DNA of 63,272 bases, counting the filler, from Rhabdomonas costata (taxonomy: Eukaryota): the NCBI GenBank assembly GCA_019059605.1. It is 44 parts of 44 records of this genome, joined end to end, with 100 filler letters (N's around TTAATTAATTAA, not from the genome) between each part and the next. Parts side by side here need not be neighbours in the genome. Positions count along the whole stretch, not along the records: positions 23,050 to 24,389 come from JAHMHO010018860.1; positions 24,490 to 25,829 come from JAHMHO010018861.1; positions 25,930 to 27,269 come from JAHMHO010018862.1; positions 27,370 to 28,709 come from JAHMHO010018863.1; positions 28,810 to 30,149 come from JAHMHO010018864.1; positions 30,250 to 31,589 come from JAHMHO010018865.1; positions 31,690 to 33,029 come from JAHMHO010018866.1; positions 33,130 to 34,469 come from JAHMHO010018867.1; 36 more parts are not named here. The stretch is one strand, 5' to 3'. Below are positions 23,659-35,180 of this stretch, in pieces. The translations under genes and the position numbers were made by a program. How positions within the stretch are numbered: the first letter of the stretch is position 1; every line of letters begins with the position of its first letter. Under the pieces are notes generated by a model that was not told the DNA's origin, did no database searches, and saw only the letters and a list, made by a program, of their open reading frames with translations.

Positions 23659-25026
23659 TATGGATTGTCCTCTCCCTTGCAAGTGCACACAACGGCAGCC
23701 ACAAAACCGCCTGCAGCTGAAATCAAAGCACAGCTCAGCAAACAGGCGGCTTCCCAGAGCAGAAACCCAGTGCAAGAGAAGAAAACTGAGTGAGAATTTG
23801 AAAAAGAGCACCCCCCATGAATCACCCCCCATGAATGCGAAGAATTTCTTTCGCAAATATACGACGTGTTTATTTGCGGTAGAAGTAACTCAGATTCAAT
23901 CATGCCCAGTGCAAAGCAGTTGACCGTTCAGATCGCAAAATCGCCGAAGGGACAAGCATTTCGAAACTCACACTCCTTTTCGAGCTGCCGTGAAAACCTT
24001 CCGCCCAGACACTACGCGATTTGGTTCCACCATGTCATCATGCTTCCATCATGACTTTGGTGAAGGAAAAAGTTGCGTCGAGGAGTTCCAAGAAGTTTGG
24101 CGAATTAGTGCCCAGGCGCCTGCGGCCTGCGGCAGGTCTGGTCAGGCAACTCAGGAAAGTCTTTGAGTGAGGAGAAACAGCAAACACTGAAATGCGCCTG
24201 GCCGGACTTAACTGCAGGGAACACATTTATGCGCGGGGAGCTCCACCTCAGCTTTACTGCATGCCTTCCTTCACTTGGCTCCGGGTCACTTCATTTGATT
24301 CAGCTTCTGACATGACGAATACCGTGCAATGTCACCATCCACCTCCTGGAGTGCGGAGCAGGATCCCCAGGGGAGGACAACCCAAACAANNNNNNNNNNN
24401 NNNNNNNNNNNNNNNNNNNNNNNNNNNNNNNNNTTAATTAATTAANNNNNNNNNNNNNNNNNNNNNNNNNNNNNNNNNNNNNNNNNNNNGGTGTGGGTTA
24501 GCGGAACGGTCGTCTCCAAAACCTGGGGGAATCCTGTGGATATGGTGCACTTGTGGGCACTGCACTCTCGAAGCGTAGAGGGTTTGCACCGTAGTGTGTG
24601 CGTCTCGTTGTGTGTCTCTTTTTCCCTTTGCCGATTTCGATTCTCGATAACCTGTGACAATCACACCGGTGTTGAGTAACGTGAACAGTGGTGGTGGTTG
24701 ATCCAGTCTCACAGTTAGTGCTATTTTTTTTTGTCATTTTCGTGAGTCCGGAGCTGATAAAGTGGTCATCTCTCTCTCGTCTCGCCTCTTTTATTTGCCG
24801 AAGCCGGAAGCGCTGCCTTCTTTTTTCTTTATGAGAGGCGAAAAATTCTGGGCATTCGTTGCTCAACCGCGGTTTGAGTGTCTATTGCTCTGTTGTTGTA
24901 CTCAGCGCTGCCAAGGGACTGGATATGTTGCTTCCCGATCGAATTGGGCAGAGAACAAAGAGGCATTAGACCGGTGCTACATTCATGGACTGGTGTCCGG
25001 TTAGCTTTTGTTATTGGATTTCCGAA

Positions 25027-25532
25027 ATGGCTGAGACGTTTTCTTTGACGGAGGATCGCTACGACCAGGGGACATTCATGGGGCGCTTCCGAAAGATGCT
25101 GGACATTGTGGACCCCACGACACTACTGCAAAGGAACGCCGAGGTATTGCATTTCTTTGGTTCTCAGCGTGGCAATTGTTTCTGCCCTACCTAATGGGTT
25201 GTTTGCTCAATTCGCATATTCCAACTGCAACTGTAAACCGTATTCAATGGGGTGTTTTTATTTGCCAAAAAGTGAATGGTAAGTGCCGAAGTTTTTTTTT
25301 GCTTAGGGCCTTTTTCGCTGCCGTGTGGATGGGAATCTCATTGAGGTTCGTCAGTTCTCTGGTGTGCTTTTTTCGTAGGTTCTGCACGCCGCCGCTGTGC
25401 TGCAGCAGTTCAAGGACGGCACACTGCCCCCAGGTACATCCGTGGAGCAGCTCTGGCGCTACCGCAAGCTCAAAGAGAGCGCGGTGCACCCAGACACAGG
25501 GGAGCTCATCCCGAGGCCCTGCCGAATGGCTG
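25027..25532 (+). CDS. SFXN: Sideroflexin (mitochondrial tricarboxylate/serine carrier), first two exons 25027..25143 and 25379..25532
   Basis: MAETFSLTEDRYDQGTFMGRFRKMLDIVDPTTL...QLWRYRKLKESAVHPDTGELIPRPCRMA, with the family motifs R.DQ.TF.GR and HPDTGE. GT-AG intron at 25144..25378. Confidence 0.93.
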
Positions 25533-26756
25533 GTTTGCTTTGCATTTCTCATTGGTGGGGGTGTATGTGTTGGGTGTTAGGGTGTATGCCTCTGCTTTCT
25601 TGTATACCTCTTCTTTCTTTTATACCTCTGCTTTCATATAGACCACTTACCTTTTGTCCAATGCCATTACGGTCGTTGATGGTTTTCCCTATTCACTGCC
25701 ATCGGACTTTTCACATCATCGGGGGTTAGTCTCTCCCGATGCTTCGCTTCCCCCCCTTTTTGTGGTGTTTTCGTGAGATCTGAAACTTGCACATTGCTTT
25801 GTGCGATGCAGCAGCCACCACCACCCACANNNNNNNNNNNNNNNNNNNNNNNNNNNNNNNNNNNNNNNNNNNNTTAATTAATTAANNNNNNNNNNNNNNN
25901 NNNNNNNNNNNNNNNNNNNNNNNNNNNNNGTGGTGGGGTGTTGTCCGAAGGCGCATGACAAGCGGCGCTCATGTGTTTTGTTGATTCAGAACCACAACCA
26001 CAACCCTTTCTCAGGTCGGGCACATCATCCAGCGATTTGCCGCGATTGGCCTTCCTGCCAGAGGCCTACTTCCGCAGCCCGTCTTGTGCCGATATCAGGC
26101 TGGCATCTCCGTCGCGGACAGGACGAATGCACAGAGCAGAGAGAGAGAGCTCGGGGGGCTCGGAGATCAAGTTACGGTGCAGTGGTTTCCGTACCAGTCC
26201 CACTACATTCGGAGTCAATCTGAGCAACCCTTTGCCAGAGGAAGGGATCAAGCAGACACTGTTCACTGCTCAGCATTCAACCAGCCGATCCAAAGAGGCG
26301 CAAAGACGCCCACAACACTAAACTGACACACGCACACAAAAAAAGAAGAGGAAGCCATGCTCGGCATTACAAAGGGTCCATCGACAAGTCACCTACTGGC
26401 AGTGGCCATTTACTCTAACTGTCCAGGCTTGAGCCAACACTCCTTGACATTTCAATAACATAATTTGGGCAGCGGGCTCGGAAGGAATAGCAGGTTCCCT
26501 GGATTTCAGCACAAGATTTGGCGGGGTGGTGGTGATGTGTCCTTCTCTGGATTCCCGTGTTGGCTCCCTTTTTAGCGCCAACCTGCAAACCCTTTTGCCT
26601 ATCCTATAAACGGCACCTGACTGCCCCGCGCAGACCAGCTCCTTAGCCGGTGGCCCGCTATGCCAATTCTAACGAGGGCTTAGGCGGGAAGGGGGAGGGG
26701 GGCGATGGGAGAAGCCCCTTTTCAGTGCGGAATCGCAAACCCAAGGGCACACATAC

Positions 26757-27002
26757 CTAGGGTGGAGTAGCTCTGCACCAGAAACTGCCGTGCCAGCCGC
26801 AGCTCCTCCACAGTGGGCCGCCGCAGCACCTGGAGCCGGTGCTCCGAGCACTCGAACAGAGGATCCTCGGAGTCCGCAGAGGTGGCGGGGAGCTGGGCCT
26901 CCTCTTCATCAGAGCCGACAAGCTGCTTCCTCTTGGCGTTCTTTTGCTGCAGCCCACGCTGGACAAACGCCGCGGCTTGTCGCCGGATCACCTCCAGCTT
27001 TC
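26757..27002 (-). CDS. Internal exon (phase 1-1) of unknown protein
   Basis: 246-nt segment bounded by AG and GTATGT: KLEVIRRQAAAFVQRGLQQKNAKRKQLVGSDEEEAQ...EELRLARQFLVQSYSTL. Confidence 0.55.
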
Positions 27003-29735
27003 CTGTTCAGCACCATGTTTGTGGAATGGATTGGAGGACACAGGACACACGTGTTTTCCACCTGACGCGACCGTGGGAGAGAGCGGGGGGGGGGGGGGAA
27101 GCCCTTGACGCCCCCGGGGGGCGACAATTTCCCAACACACCTGCGCACACAAACTTGTAGCTATTACCATTGACACCCCATTCCCTGCCCGTTGCTACAG
27201 ACATACGCGTCCCAGTTATTTTCCAAAAGCACTTCTCTCCCTCCGAGCCTAGGCTCTTCCCCCCCAACCNNNNNNNNNNNNNNNNNNNNNNNNNNNNNNN
27301 NNNNNNNNNNNNNTTAATTAATTAANNNNNNNNNNNNNNNNNNNNNNNNNNNNNNNNNNNNNNNNNNNNTTGTTTTGTAACTGATATCTTCCCCCTTTTG
27401 TAGTGTCTGTCCTACCTACGCACGCACACCGCTCTTTTCGGGCACTTTTTCAAGGGAGTATTGCCGGGGTTCTTGCTCGCATCTAGCAGCGCAGTTCATT
27501 CAAATTTTCAGTCGCTGTTGCTTTGGTGGTGCTACCCAAAACCCCTTGGTAGTCAGATCGTCAATTCGTCTCTCACGACGAGCTTTCCTGACGACATGCT
27601 TCGCTTTGTCCCCCTGCCTTGTGCGGGAGGACTCTTTTCCTGTCACATGTCTTACTCTGCTTTCTTCTGCGTTTACTTCTCCATCCGATGCCACTCTTCT
27701 CCCCTTCTTTACCTCGTCTTCTCAATCACAAACCATCTATTTTAACTGCCCTTTTGAAGCTCGTGCTTCTAAGGTGGTGTACCGTGCACTCATCCGTCTT
27801 CATGCTCTGTCTCCTTTACCCTGCTCTCCGACCTTGGGTGCTTGTCTGGATTTTGCTCTCTGAATATGTTTCCCATCAACCCAATGACCAATCGACGCCG
27901 GCAGTCAAATAGTAGTTTTGGTGAAGCCGTTCTCCCGCAAAAAGACTCTGGCCAAGATTGGGAACTGGAACAAAAAGCTCGTAGAGCGCTCGTGGCTCTG
28001 TCTCCCCTGGTGTAATACTGCACCTGCGCGTTTTGGAGCAGGTGCCTTACCCTTTGGGCCACGTTCCCCTGTTTATCCCCACAATGGGTGGGGGTCTTTT
28101 GGCGTGCCCACGGGTAACCCTTTGGCAGGAAAGGACCAGTCATTGGATGACTGCCTTTCTCTTCGTTTCTCGTCCATCGGGCTTTCAGGTCCTCCGTCGT
28201 CACCTTGTGCTTTCAATACCTTTTTCCCATTCTCTGATTGATTGATTGATTCTCTCTGATGTACCCCTTGCCCCGCCGAAGTTTGTATTCGCTTCCTCTG
28301 CGCGGGATGATTGGGAAGAGAGCCTTCTGGTTGGGCAAGCGGAGGCGAGAACGTGTTTAGCAGGCCGTGCTGGGCTTTTTATGACCTTTTTGGAGAAAGA
28401 GTTTATGTGCCATACAGCCCACTTCGGCACTGCTGTGCTGTCTAGTTGTGCTTCGATTTTCTAACTTTGGCGTTGGGTTCAAGGAGAGTGTAATTTCCCA
28501 TTGATCATACAGTGCCTTCATCTCCAAAAGGATTTCATTCTCTGGCTGCCATAATCCATCCTTCCACCAATGAAGAAGCGGGCTGACGGCAGGATGGATT
28601 ATGGCAGCCAGAGAATGAAATCCTTTTGGAGATGAAGGCACTGTATGATCAATGGGAAATTACACTCTCCTTGAACCCAACGCCAAAGTTAGAAAATCGA
28701 ACCACAACANNNNNNNNNNNNNNNNNNNNNNNNNNNNNNNNNNNNNNNNNNNNTTAATTAATTAANNNNNNNNNNNNNNNNNNNNNNNNNNNNNNNNNNN
28801 NNNNNNNNNTGTGTTGACCTGCCTGCTCTTGTCTTGCATGTTCGTTGTGAATGGAACACACTGTCAAAATTGTGGGTGCCTGTGTCATGCTTCCTGTTTG
28901 TCTGAGTGAATAGGCGCATTGAAGAATGTAAGGGGTTCATCGATTGCTGGGGTGGCTTCCTGTCGTCCTCTCCCGTCCGGCGATTTTTTCGTTGTCTTTT
29001 TTGGTATACCAGGTTGATGGCAGGGCAACAGTCCCTTGTGCAGTGAAACTGAATGCATATGTTGGCCTCAACCTTGGATCCCGGAGCCGCTCCCATTCCA
29101 GTCGGGAGTGGCTCCAACTATGCTCCCTTGGTTGCCCTCCGCTGTTTCAGGAAGTATCCAGCCGAAAGGACTTCACACAAGGCCACACACACAAGGCCGA
29201 GATGACAGCACTGCGAACTCAGAACCGCAAGAGACCCGAGAAAATTCACACAGCTCGACTCGCAGTGCTTTTAAGACAGCGACTCTCACCTTCGGGCGTT
29301 TATGAGGATGACGATTAGTGGAAAAATGAGCAACACCGCTGTTGTCCGGTGAGGAAGTGGATTCGATATTTAATTTTCCCCTCGCACCCGCTCCCCTCGG
29401 TGTAAATACCATAAGGGGTGTCGTGTGCAGAATACCGTTTTTGAACGGTGGCTTTAGGTGCTCTTACGGCTGCTGCAGAGAACTGGCCCACAAAAAATCT
29501 CAGAAACTGGTTAAATGAACGTAAAAACGCGTTTATTAGTATTCCCGGCCGAAAAACCTGAAAGAGGCAGTTCTTTTTTCATCCAGACGTTGACGTTGGG
29601 GTGAATGGACACGTGTCATCCCAATTCCAATCCCAAGCCGAAGCAGGCATTGGTGGTGGCATCGTCTGTGCCACCTTCCTCCCTATTTTTGCGCAGCCGT
29701 GCTCTTGGGCCTTTGCTGCACGAGCGCTACCGAAA

Positions 29736-30149
29736 ATGCGTTTCCTTCCCTCGTGCCATCGGCGGGCTGTGGCCGAAGTTTTGCTGACGCTAGCCGTGGT
29801 GGCGTTTGTGGTGTACGACCTCAGCGGGCCCACCGTGGAGAAGCGCCAGCTCCGCGCCGAGGTAGTACTTTCCTCCTACGAGGCCAAGAGGCCCCTGGTG
29901 ACCGCTTCCGCGATGGCGTCATCCTCCTCGCGGATGAACCCCAAGGTCACGGGCATCTCCACGAACAACACCTTCACTATTTGCGGCAGCACCGCGGCGC
30001 CGAGCAACCCCTGGGTGATCGGCAGCGGGGGCGCCAACCAGGCCCTGGTGGTCCAGCTGGGCGGGGGATGTGCGGTGAACCCGGTGGTGCAGTTTACCAA
30101 CACTAGCACCAACACCACCGCGATGGCCCGGATCACCGTGCAGAGCGGC
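29736..30149 (+). CDS. N-terminus of a signal-anchored/secreted Ser/Thr/Gly/Asn-rich protein
   Basis: MRFLPSCHRRAVAEVLLTLAVVAFVVYDLSG..., open to the contig end and GC3-rich. Has N-glycosylation sequons (NNT, NTS, NTT). A pyrimidine tract + AG lies 39 nt upstream. Confidence 0.65.
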
Positions 30150-30249
30150 NNNNNNNNNNNNNNNNNNNNNNNNNNNNNNNNNNNNNNNNNNNNTTAATTA
30201 ATTAANNNNNNNNNNNNNNNNNNNNNNNNNNNNNNNNNNNNNNNNNNNN

Positions 30250-31589
30250 CCGTACGGGTGCTGGACGAGGGCTAGGGGTAGTATCTGCTCAGAGAGTGGA
30301 TGCCCGTGCCAACTTTGTGCTTGAGTGGGGTTGGCTTCCACCTGTGTGAGCAATCAGTGTGAAAGAGGTTACAGCCTTGCGGCTGCGGCAGTAACCATGA
30401 GTCTGACTGAGATGAGCCTGTTTCTGACCCGAATCAACAACAGTTCCATGCTGTCCAGTACCCCACATTCCGATAGCGCTAATTAGGCCCCTTTTTTTGA
30501 GAGGGGGTGGCGGCAACGGTTACCACGGAGAAAAGTTAAGCAGCCCAACACTATTGCCATTTCAGTTTGACAGCTGTTACATAATGCAATCAAGACTTTT
30601 GGAGGTGCTGCTTTCACTGTGGCTTTCACTGTGCTTACCAAATGATCTAATTGTGGAGGATTAGGTGCTCTGGAGTACTCTTTGATTGAGCAGTCTCAAA
30701 CCTCCTGCTGGCCAAGGACTTACCTCTCACTGGGGTTCTGGGCAGACGAGTTGGACAGCTTTATTTAAAGGGCGATGACCAGCGCTGCCGAAGACAGCCC
30801 GCTGCACTGCGAAGCATCACGTGAATATTGCATCACATCCCGCAAGCCAGCATCAGGCCAAGGGGAGAAATGGAGCCTGCTACGACACCACGCGGGACAC
30901 GCATCTTCATGCCTTGATTCGTGGCTACTTTTGCTGCCCTGTAGCCAAGGCTGTTCTGAACTCCATTCCGCTCTTTTTGCGTGCTTGTGCAACAATTCTG
31001 CGTTCAATTTATACTTGTGTCTGCGAGGGAGATCCGGTTCATCTCTCCCTTTATCTGATGCTGTCAACCGCGCGTTGGGATGCTTTTTCTGGATTTGCAC
31101 TGTGCCCCCGTGTACCGTGGTGTCAGTAATTGTGCTTGTTTGCTTGTATTTCGAGTTCCCCAACCCTGCCGTGTCACATTGGACCTTTGCGAGGTTTTTC
31201 AGTTTGCAAATTACTCTTTTCCGGTGCAACAAATAAGTGGTGGGGTGGCAGCTATTCCAATGCGACGCAAGAAACCGATACACGAAGATTCAGAATCCAA
31301 GTACGATATTATACCCCATTCCGCACGAGCCCTTTCGTTAATTTTACGAAAAATTTTACGGCGATGGGTTCATTGGGTAGGAATGGGGATTTCCTTTTCT
31401 GGGGCGTTGATTTTGGCGACCAGTGGCATCCTGTTTTGCTCAGGTCTTTCTGGCCAGGGAGACCGTACGGGTGCTGGACGAGGGCTAGGGGTAGTATCTG
31501 CTCAGAGAGTGGATGCCCGTGCCAACTTTGTGCTTGAGTGGGGTTGGCTTCCACCTGTGTGAGCAATCAGTGTGAAAGAGGTTACAGCC
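30250..31589. repeat. Circular or tandem-repeat unit of 1213 bp (127-nt identical terminal overlap)
   Basis: 30250..30376 is identical to 31463..31589. The length of 127 nt equals a common de Bruijn k-mer, the usual signature of a self-looping contig. Confidence 0.9.
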
Positions 31590-31689
31590 NNNNNNNNNNN
31601 NNNNNNNNNNNNNNNNNNNNNNNNNNNNNNNNNTTAATTAATTAANNNNNNNNNNNNNNNNNNNNNNNNNNNNNNNNNNNNNNNNNNNN

Positions 31690-33029
31690 TTTCGCCAGCA
31701 AGTGAGCGATGGCGCTCCAAGTTGGTTTGGCTTATATATCTGTAATCACCACAAAAGCGAAAGCATTACGGCCAAATGCCTCTGTATCCCACTCATCCAC
31801 TGCAAAATACATCGGTATCTGATGATGCCTCTCTGAAGCAAACAGTTCAATGCAAGATGTAACTATCAAATTGTAACACATTGCTATGAAAATCGTTGGC
31901 TCTAAATTAACTTCTTCTTCCGCACCAAACTCTGTACAAAAGGCACGTTACACAATTGGACGCAACATTAAATTTACGTAAGCATCATACTGTGACAATT
32001 TATCATCCGTGAAACCCTGTGGAAAGTCATCAAAGTGCACTCGCAATGCATCAAGAGACTAATGGCCAATAAACTGCTGATTGCACATATGTTTCATACG
32101 CTCTTATCTGCAAATCTCTGAAGAGCTCTTCCATACTGCCTCCACAGGATCTGGGTTTGGTGGAAACATCCACCGCCTGTGGTTCCACGTACTACTCTGG
32201 ACGATGCTCTGTAAACCGTTCGACATCTTCCATTTACTCTATGAGCCGTATTCCATTTCCTCCTCCAGACTTGGATCAGTTCGGGTATTGTACTTTTCTG
32301 GTTAGGCTGCCACGACCTCGTCCAAATATGGAAGTCTGAGTCTGTGAACACTTCGTCATCCGCTTTCATTTCATACTCATATTGTCCCGCAGTAACATCT
32401 ACGTTTTTCGCAACCACACCACTTTTATCTGCATAGAGGAATCAACACTAGGTCTAAACATCAAACCTCTTTCCCTTCATCATCATCTTCTCATTAGTCC
32501 AGAATCAGCAACGGAGTCTGCTCTACACTCTGTTTGTAACTTGACCTCTGTAATCTTCCATCTGGAGCGACACATAGATCTGCAAATTGGCTGGTACATC
32601 ACCTCGTCCATCTTCATCTGGAACTCTGTTAATTAGATCTTCACTGCAGTCAGCCTCATTCTCTGGTAACATTCCCACAAAGTCAAGCACTCTCGTATCG
32701 TACGGGACGAGATCGCCCGAGTGAAATACTTGATGCGCTCTCCACCGCACCTCAGGTAAAATCCAGCACAAAGTTCGAAGTTTTTTAATGAACGGTACAA
32801 CCGCATTATCCATCAACTTCCACCTGGTATCTACAAACCTCCGTGGTAATGCCTCCTATTACTGATCATCACATCCTGACCCACACAGAATTTGCAATCC
32901 GCTCTTTTGCAATTAGCATAAGTCGCAGCCTTCTACTTTTCCTTATCGAGTTGCTTTCATTATCTGAATCTGGAATCTTACGAGGACGTTACATTTACCT
33001 GGTTGGTCTCTGTAGACTCTGAAAGGTAC
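31690..33029 (-). pseudogene. Decayed, intronless coding relic (transposon/virus-like?)
   Basis: Purine-rich minus strand with protein-like stretches (e.g. LDALRVHFDDFPQGFTDDKLSQYDAYVNLMLRP) broken by stops and frameshifts. Codon usage is unlike host exons. Confidence 0.4.
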
Positions 33030-33693
33030 NNNNNNNNNNNNNNNNNNNNNNNNNNNNNNNNNNNNNNNNNNNNTTAATTAATTAANNNNNNNNNNNNNNN
33101 NNNNNNNNNNNNNNNNNNNNNNNNNNNNNTTTTTTGGGTCAGTCGTGGGGGAACCCCTGCAACCCTCCCTGATTACCTCCGGACTGGTTGCTCTCTCTCT
33201 CTCTCCCTGCTCTTGCTGTGCCCCTACGTGCAGCGTACCCCTTTGTCGTCACCGAAGGGTCTGGGGCAAGGAAGCTGGGGCAAGCACAGCTTCGTCAGAC
33301 CCTGCAGAAAGCCGTACCCGCCTTGAACGCTGCGGTGCGTGCGTCCCCATGCGTGCATGTGCGTTTGTGGGTGCTTCGGTATCTCTCTGCCCAATCATGT
33401 CTGCATGGATGTTTGTGTGGGTATGCAAGGCGACGAAGTGTTGTCAGAAAGCTAAGATTTGAACTCACAGGGGATTTAGGGATAGTAAAAAGTCTCACGC
33501 TCTGAATCTTGTGCAAAGCGGTTGCTTCTTGTGCATTCGAAGCTCCTATTCTCTGGTTATTTTTTTCTGGGATATCGTTTTGCTTCTCACTTTGACATTG
33601 CATAGGCCATATCAACACCTGGCATGCCAACTCGCTCCGCGATGTTGTGTGTGTGCTGGGACTGACGGCGGCCGCTCTCCCTTCTTCTTTCAG

Positions 33694-34255
33694 ATCATCA
33701 ACCAGGTGATCCAGCTGTTGCCCACTGACAGGCGCGGGCTGGTCTCCCTAGAGCACCTCCTGGACTTGGCCGGGGTCCACCTTTTTTTTCATGCGTCATG
33801 TGCTATTTTTATCGGCGTGTTTTGGGGTTGTGGTGGAGGTTGCAGTTGGCAGTTGGGGAGAAGTGCGGAGTGGGGGATGGATGCTGGGAGCTGTGCTGAT
33901 GGGGTTAACCCGTTTTGAACGCCTTTCCCAACTTGCTCTCAACTCGTGAGTTTTCATTGGTGGTTTTCTTTCTTTATCCAGTAGCGTTTTTGAGTTCGAG
34001 GTTCGGTGAAGCCTTTTGACCAAAAACAAACGGTAAGCTCACCCAGAGTTCACCGACACAGGTTGTTTGCAAAAGTAACCAGACTGTGAGTCTGTGAGGT
34101 GGTAGGCTTGCCATTTATCATTCTTACGGGGGGAAACAGAAAAGGGACGGTGGAAAGTAGCGGCATATTTTTCGCAGCTGAAGATGAGTCACTGCAGGAG
34201 GCAAGCTGTGCTGCAGGCCTTCATCAAGGTCGACTACAACCGCAACGGTCGCGGC
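33694..34255 (+). CDS. Calcyphosin-like EF-hand protein; exons 33694..33774 and 34178..~34255
   Basis: IINQVIQLLPTDRRGLVSLEHLLDLAG|LKMSHCRRQAVLQAFIKVDYNRNGR matches the calcyphosin linker M...R...V..AF..LD.D..G. Phase-0 GT-AG intron. Confidence 0.65.
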
Positions 34256-35030
34256 GTGTCCCCATTAATTTTCTTCCTCTGCCTTCTCCTCTCTGTGCTG
34301 AGCTGTGCTGGTGGGGAGAGGCCGACTGAGATTCTCTCTGGATGTCGTGCCCCATTGCCCCTACACAGTGGTGCCTTTCAGTCTTTGGATACACATGAAA
34401 GGCACCACTGTGTAGGGGCAATGGGGCACGACATCCAGAGAGAATCTCAGTCGGCCTCTCCCCACAACCNNNNNNNNNNNNNNNNNNNNNNNNNNNNNNN
34501 NNNNNNNNNNNNNTTAATTAATTAANNNNNNNNNNNNNNNNNNNNNNNNNNNNNNNNNNNNNNNNNNNNGTTGTGGTGTAGAACAAGCGCTGCCGGATCG
34601 AATGAACCAGAGAATGCGTGTGCGGGCACCAGGGCTGAAGACAGGGAGAGAAGGAACCACCAAGACGGGAGGGCCGGAGTCTGCTCTCGCACCCGTCTCG
34701 GTTGGCTTCCCTCTTCCCTCTGTATACCCTTTGTCAATAACTTAGAGCTGATCCCACAGCTTCGCTTTTTACGGCCCTCTGATCTTCAAATACAGGCGCA
34801 CACATACATGCGAACGTGCACTCGCACACACACTTGGGGTAGTCCCATTTGCTGCAACAAGGTGGGCTGGGGCTGTGTGTGATTGGCCCCTTTTTTGTTC
34901 TTGTTTCCAGTGCCTGTCTTTTAGCCGCTTTTTCCCCTGTTCAGCGGCTCTAATTGCCTGTGTCCCTGCGCATTTGTGGAGCCTTTTCCTAAGTACCTTG
35001 TGGAGAACCCCTGGAGAACCCCCCGGGTGT

Positions 35031-35180
35031 CGAAGTTCTCGTGATTTTTCGATCCAAGTTTTGCGTTCCAGGGGAAGGATGAGGAGGGGATCCTTGTGGG
35101 CATGACGAAGTTCTCGTGATTTTTCGATCCAAGTTTTGCGTTCCAGGAGAAGGATGAGTAGGGGATCCTTGTGGGCATGA
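35031..35180. repeat. Tandem duplication, 2 x 75 bp
   Basis: 35031..35105 and 35106..35180 differ at two positions. Confidence 0.95.

Noticed and set aside
28452-28701. ~110-bp-arm perfect inverted repeat
   Set aside because: Perfect and anchored at the contig end, finishing in a primer-like C/A tail; typical amplification fold-back.
31491-31503. GTAGTATCTGCTC resembling the U2 snRNA branch-point region, and ACTTACCT at ~30718 resembling the U1 5' end
   Set aside because: Flanking U2 stem I/AAGATCAAGT, U1 loop motifs and Sm sites are absent; short chance matches.
31690-33029. Contaminant using a TAR=Gln genetic code
   Set aside because: No single frame spans the contig even with TAR read as Gln; TGA stops and frameshifts occur at 32377..32510.
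34311-34465. 70-bp-arm perfect hairpin (pre-miRNA-like)
   Set aside because: End-anchored perfect fold-back of intronic sequence.
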